Of a stretch of 64,000 nucleotides of DNA, positions 46,272 to 56,076 are shown piece after piece. The DNA comes from Candidatus Buchananbacteria bacterium RIFCSPHIGHO2_02_FULL_39_17 (lineage in GTDB: Bacteria > Patescibacteriota > Patescibacteriia > Buchananbacterales > UBA6539): the NCBI GenBank assembly GCA_001817425.1, contig MHII01000012.1:77-64076 (forward strand). The letters run 5' to 3'. Position 1 is the first letter of the stretch; each line of letters starts with the position of its first letter. The notes under the pieces were generated by a model. The model worked only from the letters and a program-made list of their open reading frames with translations, was not told the origin of the DNA and did no database searches. Both the position numbers and the translations under genes were made by a program.

Positions 46272-49007
46272 ATGAATAAAGAAGAAAGTAAAAAACAGAT
46301 TAAAAGGCTAGTGGAAAAATATCAAAATTTTACCCCAAGCCAAAAAAGAGAATGCAATGAATCAATGATTTGCAAAGATTTTGTTTTGCCTCTTTTTCAG
46401 GCGCTTGGCTGGGACGTTTATAATAATTTTGGCCACGAAGTGGCTTCGGAAGCGCAAATTTCAGGTAAAAGAGCCGATTATGCTTTTTATGTTAATGACG
46501 TGATAAAATTTTTTGTTGAAGCAAAAAAACCGTCGGTTGATTTACGGGAAGAAAAATTAGCCGAGCAGGCGGTATTTTATGCTTGGCACAAAAGCGTGCC
46601 TTGGGCAATATTGACGAATTTTGAAGTGATTAAAGTTTTTAACGCCGAATGGGACGAACCGGATGTGGAAAGAAGTCTAATTTTTGAAATCAATTACAAA
46701 GATTTTTTGCAAGACGAAAAATTGTGGTGGCTTTCCAAAGAATCAATGGAAAAAGGCGAGTTAGATCAATATGCGCAGGAAAATTTTAAAAAACCGAAAA
46801 GAGAACCAGTTGATAAGCAATTAGCTAACGATTTAGTCAGATGGCGGACAGCGTTATTTAGCGATCTTAGTCAATGGAATCGCGATAAAAATTTGGGTGA
46901 AAAAAATATTGCCAAGGCCGTCCAACAGTTATTGGACAGCTTTATTTTTATTCGCACGACTGAAGACAGAAAAATTGAAGGGGAACGGCTTCGGGAACTA
47001 GTCAGAAATTGGGAGGAAGAAAAAAAGACAATTAATTTAGGAGATGAGCTAAAAAAGTTATTCCAGCACTATAATGACGGTTATGATAGCAGATTATTTG
47101 AATTATCAGTCTGCGATAAATTGGAATATGAAGACAGCTTGTTTGCCGATGTAATCAAGCAACTATATAAAAATAAAAAAGGCATCCGTTATGATTTTGC
47201 GTCAATTAATGCTGATGTTTTAGGCAGTATTTACGAACAATATTTGGGACAAATTCAGGAAAGCGAAAAAAATAAAAGTAAAAGAAAATCTCAAGGGATT
47301 TATTATACGCCAAGATACATTGTTGATTATATTGTCAAAAATACTTTAGGCGAATTATTGAAAGGCAAGTCTGGCTTTGAGGCTTCAAAGATTAAAATAT
47401 TAGATCCGGCCTGCGGGTCAGGGTCATTTTTGATTAAAGCTTTTGAAGTTATAGATAATCATATTCAGAGAGAAAATAACCAGATAAACGCGCAAAAATT
47501 CACCAATTACGCCAGAAAGGTCGCGATTTTAACGGCAAATATCTATGGCGTTGACTTGGATGAAGAGGCCGTGGAAATTGCTCAATTAAATTTATTGCTA
47601 AAAGTTCTTGAACAAAGAGAGAAATTGCCAAATTTAGGACATAATATTGAAAACGGCAATTCTTTAATCTCTGGTGAACCAAAAGAATTGGAGAAATATT
47701 TTGGCAAGGGCTGGAAAGCCAAAAAGCCGTTTAACTGGGAAGAAAAATTTTCCGGTGTATTTAAGCAAGGCGGATTTGATGTGATTATTGGTAATCCGCC
47801 TTATATTGATTCGGAGGAGATGGTTAAAAATGATAAAAATTTTAGAATTTATTGCACTGAATTTTATGAAGGTGCTAAGGGGAATTGGGATATTTTTTGT
47901 ATATTTGTTGAAAAAGCATTAAACCTGTTGAGGGTAGGAGGTTATTTAGGAATGATTATTCCTAATAAGATACTATCTGCCGATTATGCTGATTCCGTTA
48001 GAAAAATGATAGAAGAATATTCAGTAGTTTCTATAAATGATTATTCAGGTATAAAAGTTTTTGGCGCCAGTGTCTATCCTATCGTTTTAATAATACAGAA
48101 ATTAAAACCTATACAAGATCATAAAATTATTGTCAATTCTTATACTATAGATAAGGAAGTTATTAAAATAGAGGATAGTAAAAAAATTAGTCAAACGATG
48201 CTGAAAGAATACAAAAATAGTTGGTCTCCTATATTTAATTATTCTGAGAATGAAAATTTTATTGATAGAATTACAAAAAGTAGTCAGAGATTAAAAGAAA
48301 TTTGTGATATTCACGGTGCCGCTACAGTAAATGAGGCCTATGAATTAAAAAAGATAGTCAAAAATTTAAAAGATGAAGATAAAGATGAATACTTTAAATT
48401 TATTAACACTGGAACTATTGATAGATATACCTCTCTGTGGGATCACCAAAAAACCCAATATATCAAAGCAAGCTATCTTAGGCCAGTAGTTATAAAGAAA
48501 AAATTACGTGAATTATTGCCTAACAGATATTTAGATTCAACAAAAAGTAAATTGATTGTAGCTGGTATGACAAAAAAGATGGAGTGTTTTTTTGACGAGC
48601 GTGGAGAATATTTAGCAGGTAAATCCACTACAATAATCGAAAACAATAAATTAGATCTTAAATTTATTTTAGCATTATTAAATAGTAAGTTGTTGACATT
48701 TATTTTTAAAAATATTTTTAAATCGCTATCTTTGCAAGGAGGGTATCTAAGGATAGGCGCCCCTCAAATTAAAGAGTTGCCAGTCATTATGGCGAATAAA
48801 AATGAAATGTCGGTAATTATAAAATTAACTGATAAAATTTTCATTTTAAACAAAAAATTTCAAACAATAGACCCTATTTTATACAAGGAAGAATATGAAG
48901 AAAAGAAAAAAGAAATTGAAAAAACCGACCGAGAAATTGACCAAAAAGTTTATGAGCTTTACGGCTTGATGGCGGAGGAGATTAAGATCGTGGAAGGAAA
49001 AAAATAA
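46272..49007 (+). CDS. Type IIG (Eco57I/BseRI-like) fused restriction endonuclease-N6 adenine methyltransferase
   Basis: ADY..EAK nuclease, YYTP, DPACGSG, GNPPY, TaqI_C-like target recognition region. Confidence 0.9.
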   Translation: MNKEESKKQIKRLVEKYQNFTPSQKRECNESMICKDFVLPLFQALGWDVYNNFGHEVASEAQISGKRADYAFYVNDVIKFFVEAKKPSVDLREEKLAEQAVFYAWHKSVPWAILTNFEVIKVFNAEWDEPDVERSLIFEINYKDFLQDEKLWWLSKESMEKGELDQYAQENFKKPKREPVDKQLANDLVRWRTALFSDLSQWNRDKNLGEKNIAKAVQQLLDSFIFIRTTEDRKIEGERLRELVRNWEEEKKTINLGDELKKLFQHYNDGYDSRLFELSVCDKLEYEDSLFADVIKQLYKNKKGIRYDFASINADVLGSIYEQYLGQIQESEKNKSKRKSQGIYYTPRYIVDYIVKNTLGELLKGKSGFEASKIKILDPACGSGSFLIKAFEVIDNHIQRENNQINAQKFTNYARKVAILTANIYGVDLDEEAVEIAQLNLLLKVLEQREKLPNLGHNIENGNSLISGEPKELEKYFGKGWKAKKPFNWEEKFSGVFKQGGFDVIIGNPPYIDSEEMVKNDKNFRIYCTEFYEGAKGNWDIFCIFVEKALNLLRVGGYLGMIIPNKILSADYADSVRKMIEEYSVVSINDYSGIKVFGASVYPIVLIIQKLKPIQDHKIIVNSYTIDKEVIKIEDSKKISQTMLKEYKNSWSPIFNYSENENFIDRITKSSQRLKEICDIHGAATVNEAYELKKIVKNLKDEDKDEYFKFINTGTIDRYTSLWDHQKTQYIKASYLRPVVIKKKLRELLPNRYLDSTKSKLIVAGMTKKMECFFDERGEYLAGKSTTIIENNKLDLKFILALLNSKLLTFIFKNIFKSLSLQGGYLRIGAPQIKELPVIMANKNEMSVIIKLTDKIFILNKKFQTIDPILYKEEYEEKKKEIEKTDREIDQKVYELYGLMAEEIKIVEGKK

Positions 49008-49011
49008 AAAT

Positions 49012-49554
49012 ATGAAACCGCAGGAAAACAATTTTGCTTATATTGACGGAGCCAATTTGCATAATGCTATTAAAGAATTAGGCTGGCAGCTCGACTATGT
49101 CAGGTTTAGAATTTGGCTTTCCGAAAAGTACGGTGTGAAAAGGGTTTACATTTTTATTGGTCTCATTGCTAAATATAAGGATTTATATACTTATTTACAG
49201 GAATCAGGTTTTACCCTTATCTTTAAAGAAGTAGTGTATGACGGCGGTGGGAAACCAAAAGGGAATTGTGACGCTGATTTAGTATTGCAGGCGGCGCGTG
49301 ATACTTATGAAAATAATTTTGAAAAGGTAATTATTGTCGCCAGTGATGGTGATTATGCTAGCTTAGTAAAGTTTTTATTAGAAAAATGGAAAATTTTAGC
49401 CTTGTTGTCGCCGAGTGAGGAAAAGAAATGCTCAATCCTTTTAAAAAGAACGGGAGTTAAAATCGCTTACCTTAAAGATCAGCAATCTATTTTAAGTTAT
49501 GGAAAAGAAAAAGCCCCCGGTAGGGACGGAACCCCACAAGGGTCTTTTTCGTAA
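49012..49554 (+). CDS. NYN-domain (PIN-like, LabA/DUF88) nuclease
   Basis: YIDGANL, KGNCDADL, SDGDY. Confidence 0.88.
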   Translation: MKPQENNFAYIDGANLHNAIKELGWQLDYVRFRIWLSEKYGVKRVYIFIGLIAKYKDLYTYLQESGFTLIFKEVVYDGGGKPKGNCDADLVLQAARDTYENNFEKVIIVASDGDYASLVKFLLEKWKILALLSPSEEKKCSILLKRTGVKIAYLKDQQSILSYGKEKAPGRDGTPQGSFS

Positions 49555-49559
49555 TGATT
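49503..49559 (-). ncRNA. Candidate antisense sRNA over the 3' end of the NYN gene
   Basis: Downstream of a minus-strand promoter; folds into one long hairpin ending in CUUUUUCUUUU. Confidence 0.5.
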
Positions 49560-49565
49560 AATTAT

Positions 49566-49593
49566 AGTATATCACATTTAAAATATTTGTCAA
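49566..49593 (-). promoter_or_regulatory. Antisense sigma70 promoter
   Basis: TTGACA-16 bp-TATACT with TG extension; no minus-strand gene downstream. Confidence 0.6.
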
Positions 49594-49596
49594 GGT

Positions 49597-51111
49597 ATGA
49601 ATTTCACGGGTAGAAAAGTGACGGTCATGGGTTTAGGGCTCCACGGTGGTGGAGTCTCTTGCGCTAACTGGCTGATAAAGCACGGCGCTAAAGTGACGGT
49701 GACTGATTTGAAAACCAAAGAAGAGCTTAAGCCATCTTTAGATAAGTTAGCGATCAAACGATCAAGCGATCAAACGATCAAGTTAGTGCTTGGATATCAC
49801 CGTGAAAATGATTTTAGAAATGCTGATCTAATTGTTCAAAACCCGGGTGTGCCAAGGGAATCAAAATATTTGGCAATTGCCAAAAAATCTGGCGTGCCAA
49901 TTGAAAATGAAGCCAGCCTTTTTTTTAAATATTGTCCGGCAAAAATTATCGGCGTCACAGGAACGCGTGGCAAATCAACCACGTCAAGCTTAATTTATCA
50001 ACTTCTAAAAGTTAAAAGCTATCCCGACGTAAAGTCGGGATCCCGACCGAAGCGTCGGGACAAACTACAAGCTCGTAAAGTCTGGCTGGCCGGACTGCCC
50101 CAAAAGCCGATGTTAGAAATTTTAGATCAAATTAAGCCTAATGATTTGGTGGTTTTAGAGCTTTCCAGCTGGCAATTAGAAATTTTAGGCGAACAAAAAT
50201 TAAGTCCGCAAATCGCGGTTCTGACTAATATTTATCCCGATCATTTAAATCGCTATTTGGGTATGGCTGATTACGTTAAAGCTAAAATCAACATTTTTCA
50301 GTGGCAAAATAAAAATGATTTTGTCGTTTTGAATTTAGATAATTTTGAAACAAAAAAACTTGGCGGAAAAGTCAGGGCCAAAAGATTTTTGTTTTCCAAA
50401 AAATATTTTGCCGAACAAAACGGCAGCTTTATTAAAAATAAACAAATTTTTTTCCGAAAAGACGGCAAAACTTACAAACTTACTAACTTATCAACTTATA
50501 AACTTATTGGCGAGCACAATTTAGAAAATTTTTTGGCCGCGATCACGGTTGCCGGAATTTTTGGTGTTAAACCAAAAGAAATAACGGCGGCTTTGAATAA
50601 GTTTAAGGGTTTGCCGGGGCGAATTGAGTTAATCAGGGAAAAAAACGGCGTAAAATATATTAATGACACAACCGCGACCACGCCTGATGCCACCATGGCC
50701 GCTCTAAAAATATTTTTAGAGCGGCAAATCCCAAATTCTAAATCCCAAACCCTAAGTAAATTCAAAATTCAAAATTCAAGATTCAAAATTATTCTGATAG
50801 CTGGAGGAGCGTCAAAAAATATTCCTATTCAAAAATATCAAGAGTTAGCCGCAATGATAAAAAAAACTTGTAAGGCCGTGATTCTATTTGAGGGGGAAGG
50901 GAGCGATCAGATGGCCAAAGATTTAAAGGCCATAAAATTTAGAGAATTAGTGACCAATGTTTTAGGGATGTCTTCAGCGGTTGGCATTGCTAATAATTTT
51001 TCGCAAACAGGCGATATCATTTTACTCTCTCCGTCTTCAGCTTCGTTTGGTTTGTTTATTAATGAATTTGATCAGGGTGATCAATTTAATAAGATAGTTT
51101 CTGATATTTAA
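49597..51111 (+). CDS. murD: UDP-N-acetylmuramoylalanine-D-glutamate ligase with four repeat-derived in-frame insertions
   Basis: GLG..G.G, NPGVP, GVTGTRGKSTT, LELSSWQL, PDHLNR, ND..ATTP, LLSP..ASF. Confidence 0.93.
   Translation: MNFTGRKVTVMGLGLHGGGVSCANWLIKHGAKVTVTDLKTKEELKPSLDKLAIKRSSDQTIKLVLGYHRENDFRNADLIVQNPGVPRESKYLAIAKKSGVPIENEASLFFKYCPAKIIGVTGTRGKSTTSSLIYQLLKVKSYPDVKSGSRPKRRDKLQARKVWLAGLPQKPMLEILDQIKPNDLVVLELSSWQLEILGEQKLSPQIAVLTNIYPDHLNRYLGMADYVKAKINIFQWQNKNDFVVLNLDNFETKKLGGKVRAKRFLFSKKYFAEQNGSFIKNKQIFFRKDGKTYKLTNLSTYKLIGEHNLENFLAAITVAGIFGVKPKEITAALNKFKGLPGRIELIREKNGVKYINDTTATTPDATMAALKIFLERQIPNSKSQTLSKFKIQNSRFKIILIAGGASKNIPIQKYQELAAMIKKTCKAVILFEGEGSDQMAKDLKAIKFRELVTNVLGMSSAVGIANNFSQTGDIILLSPSSASFGLFINEFDQGDQFNKIVSDI
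50022..50060. mobile_element. 39-bp double-hairpin element in frame in murD
   Basis: TCCCGAC-GTAAA-GTCGGGA-TCCCGAC-CGAAGC-GTCGGGA within an (MAARYTA)-type heptamer array. Confidence 0.85.
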
Positions 51112-51172
51112 GGCAAATTAATTATGATGTTTAATTCTAAATTATTGATTTTTAATTTTTAATTTTGAAACA

Positions 51173-52348
51173 ATGAATCGTCTTTTATTAGTTAGAAGAA
51201 AATTTAACCGCCGAAAAAATTTTAATCCATTTTCCAAGATTAAAATACGAAATTTTATCGGCAAGCCGGACTTAGTGCTGTTAGGAACTATTTTTGTTAT
51301 TTTAATTTTTGGTCTAGTAATGCTGACTTCCGCTTCAAGTATTAAATCTTATCGCGAATTCAACAGCACTTATTATTTATTTTTTCACCAAATCATTTTT
51401 GGTCTTTTGCCCGGCACGATTTTATTTTTTTGGTTGAGTCGCGTCTCGTATCACTTGTGGGAAAAATATTCTGTTTTGTTTTTTATTTTGAGCCTGATTA
51501 TTTTAGGTTTAGTTTTTATTCCTGGTTTAAGTTTAGAAATTGGGGAAACGAAAAGTTGGCTAAAAATTTTTGGCGCTTCAGTTCAGCCGTCAGAAATCAT
51601 TAAACTCTTTTTGATTTTATCGCTTGCTGGCTGGTTTTCCTATCGTGGTCGGGAAAAAAATCAGGACTTTTGGAATGGTTTGATACCTTTTGTTTTTATT
51701 TTAGGTCTGATTTCTTTACCCATCGCTTTACAGCCGGATTTAGGCACTTTGGTTGTCGTGGCCGTTATCGCTTTAAGCATTTATTTTGTTGCTGGTGCTA
51801 AAATTAGCCATCTGCTTGGTTTAGCGGCGGTTGGCCTTGGCCTTTTTGGTATTTTGATCTTTCAAACGCCTTATCGGGCCGAGAGATTAATGACTTTTTT
51901 AAATCCGGAACTTGATCCGCAGGGGATTGGTTACCAAATTAATCAAGCTTTACTCGCGGTTGGTTCTGGCGGTTTTTTTGGTTTAGGCTTTGGCCAATCA
52001 CGGCAAAAATTCGCCTATTTGCCCGAAGTCATTGGTGATTCAATTTTTGCGATTATTGCTGAAGAACTTGGTTTTATTATCAGCCTTAGTTTGATTTTTT
52101 TACTGGTTTTTTTTGCTTATCGGGGCCTTAAGTTGGCGCGGGGAATTAATGATGAATATGGTAAATTAATTGTCACCGGCATAATTGCCTGGTTTATTTT
52201 TCAATCTTTTTTTAACATCGCCGTGATGATTGGTTTAATGCCTTTAACCGGCATTCCGTTGCCATTTGTCAGTTATGGCGGTACGGCTTTAGCCACGCTT
52301 TTGGCGGCAACCGGAATTTTAGCTAATATTTCGCGGCAGGCCTCTTAA
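51173..52348 (+). CDS. ftsW: Cell division SEDS protein FtsW
   Basis: QPSE..K, QPDLGT, GYQI.Q, LPE...D.IFAIIAEELG, P.TGIPLPFVSYGG. Confidence 0.92.
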   Translation: MNRLLLVRRKFNRRKNFNPFSKIKIRNFIGKPDLVLLGTIFVILIFGLVMLTSASSIKSYREFNSTYYLFFHQIIFGLLPGTILFFWLSRVSYHLWEKYSVLFFILSLIILGLVFIPGLSLEIGETKSWLKIFGASVQPSEIIKLFLILSLAGWFSYRGREKNQDFWNGLIPFVFILGLISLPIALQPDLGTLVVVAVIALSIYFVAGAKISHLLGLAAVGLGLFGILIFQTPYRAERLMTFLNPELDPQGIGYQINQALLAVGSGGFFGLGFGQSRQKFAYLPEVIGDSIFAIIAEELGFIISLSLIFLLVFFAYRGLKLARGINDEYGKLIVTGIIAWFIFQSFFNIAVMIGLMPLTGIPLPFVSYGGTALATLLAATGILANISRQAS

Positions 52349-52389
52349 TTAATCTTGATTTTTTCTCTCAAATTTGCTATTTTTAAAGC

Positions 52390-53442
52390 ATGAAAATTGT
52401 ATTTTCCGGGGGTGGCACCTTAGGTTCAGTCAGCCCCTTAATTGCTATTTTTCAAGAATTTAAAAAACAGCGGCCCGACGCTGAATTTTTGTGGCTTGCC
52501 ACGAGAAATGGTCCGGAGCAAAATTTAATCACCAGCTATGGCATACCCTTGAAAAAGATTTTTGCTGGAAAATTCCGCCGTTATTTTAGCTGGGAAAATT
52601 TTTTTAATCCGATTTTTGTTATTTTAGGTTTTTTTCAGGCATTTTTTATTTTGTTTAAATTTAAACCAGAGGCGGTCATTGCCGCCGGCGGCTTTATCGC
52701 TGTGCCCGTGGCTTTTGCCGCTTGGCTTTTGAAAAAACCAGTTTTCATCCACCAACAAGATATTGTCGCCGGTTTGGCCAATCGGCTAATGGCGCCGTGG
52801 GCAAAAAAAATAACGGTTACTTTTGAAAAATCATTGAAGGATTTTTCTAGCCAGAAAACGGTTTTAACCGGTAATCCAGTCAGAAATGATTTAGTGGCGC
52901 TAGATCGGAAGACTTCATGTGAGTTTTTTAAATTTGATCCCAATCTGCCGGTGGTTTTAATTATTGGCGGCAGCACGGGCGCTTTAAATTTGAATAATCT
53001 AGTTTTAGCCAGCATTAGTCAGTTAGTTGAATTTTGCCAAGTGATTCATTTAACTGGCGGTAAAATCAGTCAGCAATTTAAACATCCGCGCTATCAAGCT
53101 TTTGATTTTTTAACTCAAGATTTGAAGCAAGTTTATGCCGCCTGTGATTTAGTGGTGAGCCGAGGCGGAATGTCAGTCTTAACGGAGTTAGCCTATTTAA
53201 AAAAATCGGCCATTATTATCCCGATTTCTCAAAGTCACCAAGAAAATAATGCAATTGAATTTTTTCGCAATAATGCCGCTTTATTTTTGGCCGAAAAAAA
53301 TTTAACGCCTCAGAATTTTATTTCAGCTGTTAAGGAGGTAATTGGTAATCAGTCACTTTTAAGTAATTTAAGCCGGAATATTGGTAAAATGATGCCGACA
53401 GATGCAGCGACCAACATTGTCCGTTTAATTTTAAGTTTATAA
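52390..53442 (+). CDS. murG: MurG N-acetylglucosaminyltransferase
   Basis: GGGT.G, GGF...P, HQQD...GLANR, GNPVR, GGS.GA, SRGG, HQ..NA. Confidence 0.93.
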   Translation: MKIVFSGGGTLGSVSPLIAIFQEFKKQRPDAEFLWLATRNGPEQNLITSYGIPLKKIFAGKFRRYFSWENFFNPIFVILGFFQAFFILFKFKPEAVIAAGGFIAVPVAFAAWLLKKPVFIHQQDIVAGLANRLMAPWAKKITVTFEKSLKDFSSQKTVLTGNPVRNDLVALDRKTSCEFFKFDPNLPVVLIIGGSTGALNLNNLVLASISQLVEFCQVIHLTGGKISQQFKHPRYQAFDFLTQDLKQVYAACDLVVSRGGMSVLTELAYLKKSAIIIPISQSHQENNAIEFFRNNAALFLAEKNLTPQNFISAVKEVIGNQSLLSNLSRNIGKMMPTDAATNIVRLILSL

Positions 53443-53486
53443 TCAAATTAAACGGGAAGAAATAGAAGATAACTAAAATAGATTAA

Positions 53487-53619
53487 AAAATTCCAAATTC
53501 TAAATCCTAAATTATAAATAATATTAAAATTCAAATTTACAAATTTAAAAAAGTTTTATTCGTTTGGATTTTAGTTATTGGGATTTATTTAGGATTTAGT
53601 GCTTAGAATTTAGGATTTA
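53487..53619. repeat. Heptamer inverted-repeat element (AAATYCT/AGRATTT family)
   Basis: Facing arms; last 26 bp identical to 54648-54673. Confidence 0.8.
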
Positions 53620-53628
53620 TCTTTATTT

Positions 53629-54537
53629 ATGTCTGACGACCAGTTAAAGAATAATAATTTAAAGCAAGAAAATATTCAAATTAAGAGAAAAACAGTCGGT
53701 TTAGCCGTTGGCGGCGGGTTTATCCGTTCAACGGCGGCCATTGGCGCCATTGAGGTCTTGCAGGAAAATAATATTCCGATTGATTTGGTTTCTGGTTGCA
53801 GTTCCGGGGCGGCGGTGGCCAGCGCCTATGCCGCTGGGACTCTAAGGCAATTTAAAGAGAGATTAATCCGCGGTCCGCGGCGAGAATATTGGCGAATTAT
53901 TTTTGAGCCAACCGTTCCGAAAGAGGGCTTACTGAAGGGAGAGCGCAATCGTAGATTTTTTGAAGAATTTGTCGGCGATAAAAATTTTTCTGATTTGCAA
54001 AAAAAGCTTTTAATTTTGACTACGGATTTAATCAGTATGAAAGAGGTGGTAGTTGATTCCGGACGAGTCGGACGGGCGATTCAGGCCGCGACTTCGGTTC
54101 CCGGAGTTTTTGTTCCAGTGAAGGATGGTAGTCGAATTTTAGTTGATGGCGGTAATTTTAATATTATCCCCTCAAAAATTTTATATCAAAAAGGCGTTGA
54201 TTATGTAATTGCCATTCATACGGCCCAACTGCCAAATCTAATTACTCGTTTTTTGTCAAACTTTAAACATCTTCATAAAAGAGACCAGATAATTGAACAG
54301 AAAAAAATTAAAAATCTGGATTTAAATATTTTGCAAATTGTTTTGCGAGCTGTAAAAATTTCCAGTGGTCAAATTAAGAATTTTTATTATTCAAATTTTC
54401 CTTACGATGCCTTGATTATTCCAGATATCACCGGGATAAAGCGCTGGCATATTGGCCGAGTCAACTATTTAGTTAATCAGGGTCGGAAAGCGGCTGAAGC
54501 GATGCTGCCGAAAATAAAAAGCGATTTAGGATTATAA
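53629..54537 (+). CDS. Patatin-like phospholipase
   Basis: GGG..R, GCSSG nucleophile elbow, A...PGVF.P, DGG. Confidence 0.88.
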   Translation: MSDDQLKNNNLKQENIQIKRKTVGLAVGGGFIRSTAAIGAIEVLQENNIPIDLVSGCSSGAAVASAYAAGTLRQFKERLIRGPRREYWRIIFEPTVPKEGLLKGERNRRFFEEFVGDKNFSDLQKKLLILTTDLISMKEVVVDSGRVGRAIQAATSVPGVFVPVKDGSRILVDGGNFNIIPSKILYQKGVDYVIAIHTAQLPNLITRFLSNFKHLHKRDQIIEQKKIKNLDLNILQIVLRAVKISSGQIKNFYYSNFPYDALIIPDITGIKRWHIGRVNYLVNQGRKAAEAMLPKIKSDLGL

Positions 54538-54540
54538 CTT

Positions 54541-54673
54541 AAAATTCTAAATTCTAAATCCGAAATCCTAAACAAATTCCAAATTCTAAACTCCAATTTT
54601 TTAAACAGTTTGTAATTTGTGATTTTGGATATTGTGATTTACTTAGAATTTAGTGCTTAGAATTTAGGATTTA
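54541..54673. repeat. Heptamer inverted-repeat element, same family and orientation as 53487-53619
   Basis: Direct comparison. Confidence 0.8.
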
Positions 54674-54678
54674 ATATT

Positions 54679-56076
54679 ATGTTTGTTGATTTGGCAAAAA
54701 TTAAAAGGATCTATTTTATTGGTATTAAAGGGGTGGCAATGACTGGTTTGGCGGTGATTTGCCAAAAAATGGGTAAAGAAATTTTTGGTTCTGATGTGGC
54801 AGAAAAATTTATTACGGATAAAATTTTAGAAAAAAATCAGATTAAATCTTTTGAAAATTTTTCGATAACTAATTTAAATTGCCAGCCGGATTTAGTGGTT
54901 TTGGGCACATCTTTTAGTGATGAAAACCCTGAAGTGATTGAGGCAAAAAAGAGGAAAATAAAAATAATTTTTGATTCAGAGCTTCGGGGGCTATTAAGCC
55001 AAAAAAAAGAAACTATTGCGGTTGCGGGCATTCACGGCAAGACAACGACTACCGCCATGCTGGCTTATTTATTTTCAAAAGCCGGACTAAAACCGAGTTA
55101 TTTAATTGGTACCGGCGCGGTGCCTGATTTAGGCGGCAATTCAGATTGGGGGGTGGGGGATTATTTTATTGTTGAGGGCGATGAATATAGCCGAAGCAAA
55201 TACGATACAACGCCGAAATTTTTAGACTTGGAGCCAAAAATCAGCGTGATTACTAATATTGAATGGGAGCATGTTGATATTTATCCTGATTTGTCAGCAG
55301 TTGAAAAAGCTTTCACCGCCTTAGTTGAAAAAACTAAAGATTTAATTGTTGTCTGCGGCGATTGGCCTTCAGTCAAAAAAATTATTAAAAATAGCGATAA
55401 AAAAGTTGTGACTTATGGCTTGGGGGCGGATAATCTCTGGCAAGCGTTTGATCTTAAGCAACAATCTGACGGCACAATTTTTAAAATTAGAAAAGAAGGC
55501 GTTCGCTTAGGGGAGTTTAAAATTAAACTTTTTGGAGAGCATAATGCTTTAAACGCTCTTTCAGCCATTATTGTTGGTTTAGAGTTGGGCCTAGAGTTAG
55601 AACAAATTAAGCAGATTTTGAAAGATTTTTCCGGAGCGGAAAGGCGTTTTGATGTTTTAGAAAATAAGGGTGTCATTTTCGTTGATGATTATGGTCATCA
55701 CCCAAGTGAAATAAAAACCACGCTTAAAGCCGTTCGCCAACGTTATCCTAAAAATCAAATTTGGTGCGTATTTCAGCCCCACATGGCATCACGAACAAAA
55801 GCATTCTTAGCTGAATTCGCCCGGAGTTTTAGCGAAGTTGATCAAGTGATTTTTGCTGATATTTTTGCTTCAGCCAGAGAAAAATCTTTAGCGATTACGG
55901 CCAGAGATTTAACCAATGAAACCAAAAAATACCAGACTTCAGCGATTTACGGCGGCAGTTTGGATGAAATTACCAAATATTTAAAAAATAATTTAAAGCC
56001 GGGAATGATTTTAGTCACCATGGGCGCGGGGGATGTGTATAAAATTAGAGATAAACTAATTAATTTTAAATTTTGA
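54679..56076 (+). CDS. murC: UDP-N-acetylmuramate-L-alanine ligase
   Basis: FIGIKG.AM, GSD, AG.HGKTTTT, EGDEY, RRF, DDYGHHPSEI, FQPH, MGAGDV. Confidence 0.93.
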   Translation: MFVDLAKIKRIYFIGIKGVAMTGLAVICQKMGKEIFGSDVAEKFITDKILEKNQIKSFENFSITNLNCQPDLVVLGTSFSDENPEVIEAKKRKIKIIFDSELRGLLSQKKETIAVAGIHGKTTTTAMLAYLFSKAGLKPSYLIGTGAVPDLGGNSDWGVGDYFIVEGDEYSRSKYDTTPKFLDLEPKISVITNIEWEHVDIYPDLSAVEKAFTALVEKTKDLIVVCGDWPSVKKIIKNSDKKVVTYGLGADNLWQAFDLKQQSDGTIFKIRKEGVRLGEFKIKLFGEHNALNALSAIIVGLELGLELEQIKQILKDFSGAERRFDVLENKGVIFVDDYGHHPSEIKTTLKAVRQRYPKNQIWCVFQPHMASRTKAFLAEFARSFSEVDQVIFADIFASAREKSLAITARDLTNETKKYQTSAIYGGSLDEITKYLKNNLKPGMILVTMGAGDVYKIRDKLINFKF

